Below the pieces are notes generated by a model that made no database searches, was not told the origin of the DNA, and worked only from the letters and a program-made list of their open reading frames with translations. Shown in pieces: positions 54,603 through 64,000 of a DNA stretch of 64,000 bases. The DNA comes from Mustelus asterias. Lineage: Eukaryota. Where the stretch lies: the NCBI RefSeq assembly GCF_964213995.1, contig NC_135806.1, positions 93,124,001 to 93,188,000 on the forward strand. The letters run 5' to 3'. Made by a program: the position numbers and the translations under genes. Position 1 is the first letter of the stretch, and each line of letters opens with the position of its first letter.

Positions 54603-57574
54603 GTGAGTGAACTTTATATAGAATTTGAAAATTAGTTCTATAAATCTATTCATCTGCCAATAAGAAAAACCTAAATTACTTTAGTAAGTCTACATGCTCA
54701 TGGTATGCTTTATTTTGTCTGCTTGAAAAATTTATACATATCTACCATAGTATTAAATATTTAACAGAACTAGTAAATCAAAATAGATATGATTTTGAGC
54801 TAGCTCATAGAAAGATGTGACTATTGTATATTTTTTTCATCATATTCCTTTTGCTATTTTGTAAACAAACTGATTCTTGTGAAATGGGGCTGTATGTATA
54901 TCAGCAACATTTCGTAGTGATTTGCTTTACCACCAAGATCTCATCAAAAATATTATGTCAATGGCTGATGCGGTGCGAGCAAGAAATAGCCTTTTTTGAA
55001 CAGAATGTGCTCAGTTTCAAACAGAACTGAATACTATTGTGTTGTATAAAGGTAGTTGGTTCTGCTGTGTGGTCTGAAGTGAATGTGTTCAATCAACCGA
55101 GGTGGAGTTTCAAGCAATTTCTCATTTGAAATATAAAACATACAACTGCCAGAGGCAAACAAAGGAAAGTTATACTAATTCATTAGTTTTATAATGACAG
55201 TTTCTGCCTCCGTGGAATGTCATAGCTCTCTAGAATTTACAGAAGTAACTGTTATATAATTATATGAGCTATACTTTAGCTAGCACCAAGGGGTACTCCA
55301 TAAATTAAGTTAGTGGTATTTGACCGTGACTAGTCCATATAGTGCGCACAATGAACTTCAAAGTATGGCAGCTACAATTTACTGAGTGCTGACAAAACTT
55401 TCCTAACTGTGTTTTCATTGTAAGTGGCAGCATGACTTGCAAATAATGCGTGCCTATTTAATAGGCAAAATTAATTGAGCATTTCAAAATAAGATTTTTG
55501 TGTTAAACTGTGCAGCTACCATTAATGTCACACAGATATTAGTTTGTGAATGATTTCAGGATATAAAACACAATTCGCCATTCTCCCCTTATCTTTAATA
55601 AATAAGTCAATGACGTTAAAGAAAAACAACAGAATGCAAGCAAATTCAGTCACAGAGAATGATAGAAAACAGGATGAAAGAGGTAAATAAGGATCATGAA
55701 GACTAGAACTTCTTCAAGGTTGACAGACCTGGACGAAAAGTGTCAGGAAATCAAACAGGACAAAAAATGAAATAAAATTGCAAACTCAAGATCCGATTAA
55801 AAACAAAGAATGTTAGAAGTACACAGTAGGTCAGTCAGTAATTATAAAGGGAAAGGGTAGGTTAGCAATTCAGGTATAAAACTCCTCAGAATTGAGTTTA
55901 TTTTTATACCTGCACTGTATTTCCAGCTTTTTGTTTTTGTGTCTCAAGTTGCAATATTTGCATTTCTTCAGATTAAAAATGTTTATGCCTCATTTAGCTT
56001 TTACTGTCATATTTAATATCTGATGGAAATATTTCTTAACAACTTGCAGTAGAAAAAGGCTCAACCTTGAGCCTGTTGCATAGATTGTGATAATATTGTT
56101 TGGGTGGTACTTGATAAGATAAAAGATGACTGATTTCTGGTGTTGAAAATCCTGTCATGTTGATGCAATCCATTCCCAAGATGTATAAAGTTGTTTTGTA
56201 ATCTCCAAGCATCTGTTCCAAAACAGCACAGAAGTTAAACACTGCAGCTGACTGCAGAGGGCTTTAACAGGATTTAATCAAAGACGTGATTTGTTTTTCG
56301 ATTCTTCATTTTCCGCTCAGTCTCAATGTTATCTGCATAGAGTTACTGCCATCAGGAAAAGTAGCCTGAGCAATGGCCATTCTATTTGCTTTTCTAAATA
56401 CCAAGAACCAATTTTCCTTTGTAATTAGTTTCACATGGTTATCTCAAAAGACAGAATTCATTGCAGTTATAACTTGGATTCCTTTTAAAACTTCCTATGA
56501 TTAACCTCAGATTCTAAACTGAAATGAAAGTTATAAGCCTGGCCCATAGACTAAGATGTTGTTAGATTTTCATTTTGTATTTAACTTTGCTCATTATGTT
56601 GATATCCAGTAATGCTATCCTTCAAGACTGAAGTTTCCATTTTCAAATAAAATTATTAATTGAATATCTGGCATTGATATTGTAAAGACATTTCTATGAA
56701 GACAAGCATGGTGTTAGTTGAGATTTACAATCCTACTGTCATCCATAATACTTGGTCACTGATTGAATGGCAAGATAAGTAATGCAGGATGTTATTTAGA
56801 TTGGATCTCCCAAAAGCTCTAAACCTAGCACATAGAGATTAACAAAGGGGTCTGTATGAGTGAATCCCATATTTTTGAAACACAAGCTAACTGTATTTTT
56901 AAAAATGACTACCATCCTTTTTTAACTATGTAACTAATATTCAATAATGATGAAGTCCATAGACTACCGGGGCACCAATTTTAACAATCACAGCACACTT
57001 AAGATTTAAAATACAGAGCCAGCAATGGGAAACATATGCTGTGTATGTATTTATGACTTTCCATTTATCAAGCTTAGAGCCTGATATATATAAATACTGC
57101 TTTCTCAGCTGCCAGTGTCCTGTCTTAGATCTGACTTCTGCATGTTCATTGATGTGGACTATGAGGCATTGTTTTGAATATTTGAACACCTTTTTTTCTC
57201 AGAAAATTTGAAACTGAATACAAGGGAGGCAGATTCTGAAGAAAACCATTGAAAATCAACTTACTAATTTCCTTTGAGGCAAGGCTTTGGAGATATTCTG
57301 TATATAAAAATCAAGTTATTTGCAAATGGCCAGCGAATAAATGGAAAGGCTTTAAAAAGGCTGCACAAATGTAGCAAACTAATTAATTTCTTTCCTATTC
57401 TTTTGGACATTTTGTACAGATTAATGAAAGGTATTCTTGTAATATTTGTCCTTTTTATTCTATCCTTTACTTTAATTCTTTTTTATTACTCTTGTCATTC
57501 TTCGTTTATTTTACCCAGAGATAGTGATTGAATTACCTGATTACAGGCCTGGAGATCAGGCCATAAGTCTTTAA

Positions 57575-59070
57575 GTTATAGGATACACAGTACAGAAACA
57601 GGCCATTCAGCCCGAACCATCTATGCTGCTATTAATGCTTCTCTTGAGCCTTCTCACATCTTTCCTCATTAAAATTCACCATTATAACCCACTATTCCCT
57701 TTTCCCTCATATATTTATCTAGTTTTCCCTTTACCTACTATTCAGTTCAGCCATTCCCTGTTGCAGCAAATTCCTCATTCTCGGGTTTCTTGGTAATCAT
57801 TTTAAATTGATTGCCTCTAGTTGTGTTCTTCCCCACAGGAGAGGGTCATTTTCCAGCCTCGCCATGCCTGACACAGATCGATCCTGGAAAATAGCGTGCA
57901 GGCCTGAAAGCGGGTTTCGCCCCTGGCACCAAATAGTTTGCATTTATCCCAATTCCTTTCTACAGGTGCACACTAGATCATGCCCAGAAAGGGTGCGAGG
58001 CTGATTAGCATATTTAAAGTAGCATTTAAATATGCTTAGCCCGTTCAACGCCAGTTTCTACCAGCTCCGGGATCTTGTGAGCTTCTGGTGCGGCGCGATC
58101 CCAGCCAGAATCACTACTGGTCTCTACTAGCGGAGACTAGGTGTGATGGCCACACCTGGGGGGCTCAGAAGCCACTGAAGCCCCCAGGTGGTTGGAGACA
58201 TGGCTGCCCATCTTGCAGTGCCCACCTTGCACTGTGGCAGTGCCCACCTGGCATCCTGGCAGTGTCAGTTTAGGCACTGGGTGCCAGGGGAAGTGCCAAG
58301 GGGGTGAGGCCTGCGTGGGGCCTGGGTGGGGCTGGGGCCTGAGCAGAGGATGTGACAGGGGGGCTATGATTGCGGGGGGGGGGGGGACCATGCGGAGTGG
58401 GGCTATGAAGGAGGGCTATGATGGGGGGGAGTCATAAGGGGTGGGGCATGAAAGTGGGGCATGAGAGGGGGGCATGTCAGAGGTCATGAAGGGAGACCCA
58501 TTAGGAGAGCCTGAAGCCCCCAGGCCAGCAATCTGTGTTAGGAAGAGGATGGGCAAACATGCTGTGCCAATGAGGGCATGGAGGAGGGAGGGGGTCTCCC
58601 AGTGCACTGTGAGATTGGGGTGCCCGCCCATTGAACACAAGCCCAATTGCTTTGCAGCCAGGCTCACCAGTGTGTTTAGGCTCTGCTCCTCCCAGAATCG
58701 GTGCACAATTCACCAATCTTCCAAAAAGCTGAACAGACCAGCACAGATCGCTCCGGTTTTCTAATCATTATAACACTTAGTCATTTTTTTGGACAATCAC
58801 GGCCATCCACGTGTATCCACGCTATCAAAATCTTTCATAATTTTCAATACCTGTCAACCCTCAGCCTTTTTTCAAGAGAAAACAGACCACATCCTTCCCT
58901 GTTATCTGTACCCACACATCTCTGGTACCATCCTTGCAAATCTTCTCTGCACTCTCCAGTGTCTGGTATAATATGGTGACCAGAACTGCACACACTGCTC
59001 CAAATATGGTCCAACCTAAGATTGATACATAAAGTCTCTACTTTCCAATTATGTGCCTCTAGAAATGAAA
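57575..59070 (-). mobile_element. Old CR1 3' fragment split by a DNA element
   Basis: Tail cacagtacagaaacaggccattcagccc at 57586. It resumes at 58805 with ..gaccagaactgcacacactgctccaaatatggt (minus PYLEQCVQFW). Confidence 0.7.
57841..58804. mobile_element. Non-autonomous Harbinger-like element with a G-rich interior
   Basis: Inserted within CR1, with termini gagggtcattttcc and ggacaatcacggcc. Homologous to 39981..40914. Confidence 0.55.
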
Positions 59071-59279
59071 CTTAGCTGCAAATTTCACTGGTGACATGGG
59101 AAATGAGTATGTTACAAACAGACAGGGAGGTTTCCTCACTTTCAATTGTAAAGAAAATGAGATAAGACTTGTCATGAATGTTGAAAATGTTTCTTGCCAG
59201 GGTGTTCTTAAGCCTAGGGAAACAATAAACAGTTTTTGGAGATCTTCCTTTGTTCCCGAAGCATACCAGCATTATTTTT

Positions 59280-59830
59280 AATTCATTCATGGAATATGAA
59301 AATCACAATAAGGTGATTTGTTGAATTTGTTGCCCAATCCCTAATTGTCCTTGATAAAGTGGTGATAAATCTTGAACCACTGCAGTCCATGTGGTGAAGG
59401 TACACCCTCCGTGCTGCTAAGGAAGGAATTCCAGGATTTTGATCCACTGACCATAACTAAATATAGTTCCAAATCAGGATGGTGTGTGATTCTGAGGGAA
59501 ATTACAGGTGGAGGTGTTTTCATGCAGCTGCTGCCCTTATCATTCTAGGTGACCAAGGATGTGGATGTGGAAAGTGTTTTGAATGAGCCTTAGTGAGTAT
59601 GCTGTAGTATATCTTGTAGATGGTACATGGGCTGCCAATGTGCGCTAGTGGTGGGGGAGTGAAGATGTAGGATGTAGGATGGGTGTTGACCAAGCAGTCT
59701 GTTTTGTTCTGACTAGTTTCTTGAGTGTTTTTGGAACTGTACTCATCTAGGTATTCCTGAATTGTAGATGGTGGACAGGCTTTGAGGAGTCAGGAGGTAA
59801 GTTACTCACTGCAAAATTCCCAGCCTCTTG
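59280..59830 (-). mobile_element. Decayed non-LTR element 3' region
   Basis: ttgcccaatccctaattgtccttga tail and ttgtagatggtggacaggcttt (reverse complement of 12450..12480). A similar piece lies at 44280..44680. Confidence 0.6.
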
Positions 59831-60224
59831 AAGGCGCAGTATTTAGTTCACCAGTCCAGTTCAGTTTTTGAGCAAAAATGTTGATGGGGAAGATTCCACA
59901 GTAATAATGCCATTGAATGCCACTGGAGAGACATCCCAGGGTTGTAACAGGCACTAGATACATGCAAATCTTTCTATTTTTGAGATACTTTTCTCCCAAT
60001 TAATTTTGTTTAATAAATGTCACATTTTATCCACATCTGAGACAGTGACCAGATGAACTGTTCAAAAGCCAATACCTTCCAGACTAGCAATGGGGAACAC
60101 ACCATAGAACTGCCTCTGACTCCAAATTACCTTCTCTCTGAGCACAAGAAAGCCTAACCTTTGCTGTAATGACTACGTTTGGTAACTCAGTGATGTAGAA
60201 ATTGGACTCCATTGTATCTACATT

Positions 60225-60596
60225 ATCTTACAGAAACACATAAGATTATGAAGAAAATAGATAAGATAGAAGCAGGGAAGTTGTTTTCACTGGCGGCTGA
60301 AACTAGAACTAGGGGGCATAGCCTCAAAATAAGGGGAAGCAGATTTAGGGCTGAGTTGAGGAGGAACTTCTTCACACCAAGGGTTGTGAATCTGTGGATT
60401 TCCCTGCCCAGTGAAGCAGTTGGGGCTACCTCATTGAATGTTTTTAAGGCAAGGATAGATAAATTTTTGAACAGTAAAGGAATTAAGGGTTATGGTGAGC
60501 GGGTGGGTAAGAGGAGCTGAGTCCACGAAAAGATCAGCCATGATCTTATTGAATGGCGGAGCAGGCCTACTCCTGCTCCTAGTTCTTATGTTCTTA
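60225..60596 (+). mobile_element. CR1 3' fragment
   Basis: LTETHKIMK..TRGHSLKIRGSRFRAELRRNFFTPRVVNLW, ending in a gttcttatgttctt tail. Confidence 0.9.
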
Positions 60597-61356
60597 AGTG
60601 TAAAATGAGCACAATGAAGGTCAATTTTGGGAGCCAATGTCCTGCAATTCAGTATCACCTGAAAGACATTTGAGCAAACATGTGAATGAGTGACCTATTT
60701 AGGTGTGCTTGTAGAATTTGGATTGGGTTGTGAGCCAGGTTGGCATTGCTCCGGTTTCTTCAATAGCAGATATATCCTATGTAGCCAATGCTGACAAGGA
60801 ATCATTAAAAAAAAATCTAAAGCATTGCTTTAGAACCGAGAAGAGCTTATTTGTCTATTTAAAACTGTTGAGTTGCCTGTGGAGGTGGGACTGACCTGAG
60901 CGATAAATCCAGATAACATGATTGATATCAAAAGATGATGCTGGGTTGGCCTCAAGCCTCCTGGTTCAGTGTGTGCTGATCTTGTGCCACTGGTTATGTG
61001 CCCAAAATTGAGCCCAACCAATTTATACCTGACAATGTGGAGGAATCACAGGAATGAACCTTTATCCCCCAATCTCTGAAGAGCCAGCACATGAATTAAT
61101 GGGTCATGTTCAAGTACCACTATGGTCATTATTTAAAAATGACTCTGGACCAGAGAGTGTAAATATTTTTCACTATATCCACCAGTCATATTAAGCAGTT
61201 TTTCAGGTTTGGAAAGCATGCGTAACACAAACCTCATTTTGCATTTCTCAGTCTTAAGATGTTACAGTCTAAATGATTCATATTCAATGTTGAAGAATAA
61301 ATTTGTTCCTATTTAACTGGTCAACCAAGAAAAAAAAAGTCATTGAAAGGCAATAA

Positions 61357-64000
<2,644 letters not shown>

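Overview
This is eukaryotic genomic DNA, most likely from a shark or other cartilaginous fish, judging by abundant HE1/V-type tRNA SINEs, CR1/HER1-like LINEs and Penelope-like elements. It contains a complete 10-exon RIOK2 gene on + (CDS 4503..30242, 1638 nt, 545 aa, all GT-AG junctions in phase, kinase motifs intact) with a CpG-rich promoter. The first two coding exons of LIX1 follow on the same strand (54521..54602 and 61418..61581). Most six-frame ORFs are transposon remnants or noise. The most striking structure is a recurrent set of ORF-less fold-back insertions built from Penelope-like element (PLE) 3' ends, carrying minimal hammerhead ribozyme cores (CTGANGA...GAAA). The youngest is a perfect 515-bp palindrome (20128..20642) in RIOK2 intron 5, with a 34-bp unpaired tail and a 13-bp target-site duplication. 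Older relatives lie near 3.8, 21.4, 24.0, 27.5, 38.1, 45.6 and 46.1 kb. Also present are PIF/Harbinger-like MITEs, a decayed Myb/SANT-encoding Harbinger element, Tx1 and L2 fragments, and candidate alternative LIX1 5' exons. All calls were made by eye; repeat boundaries are approximate.
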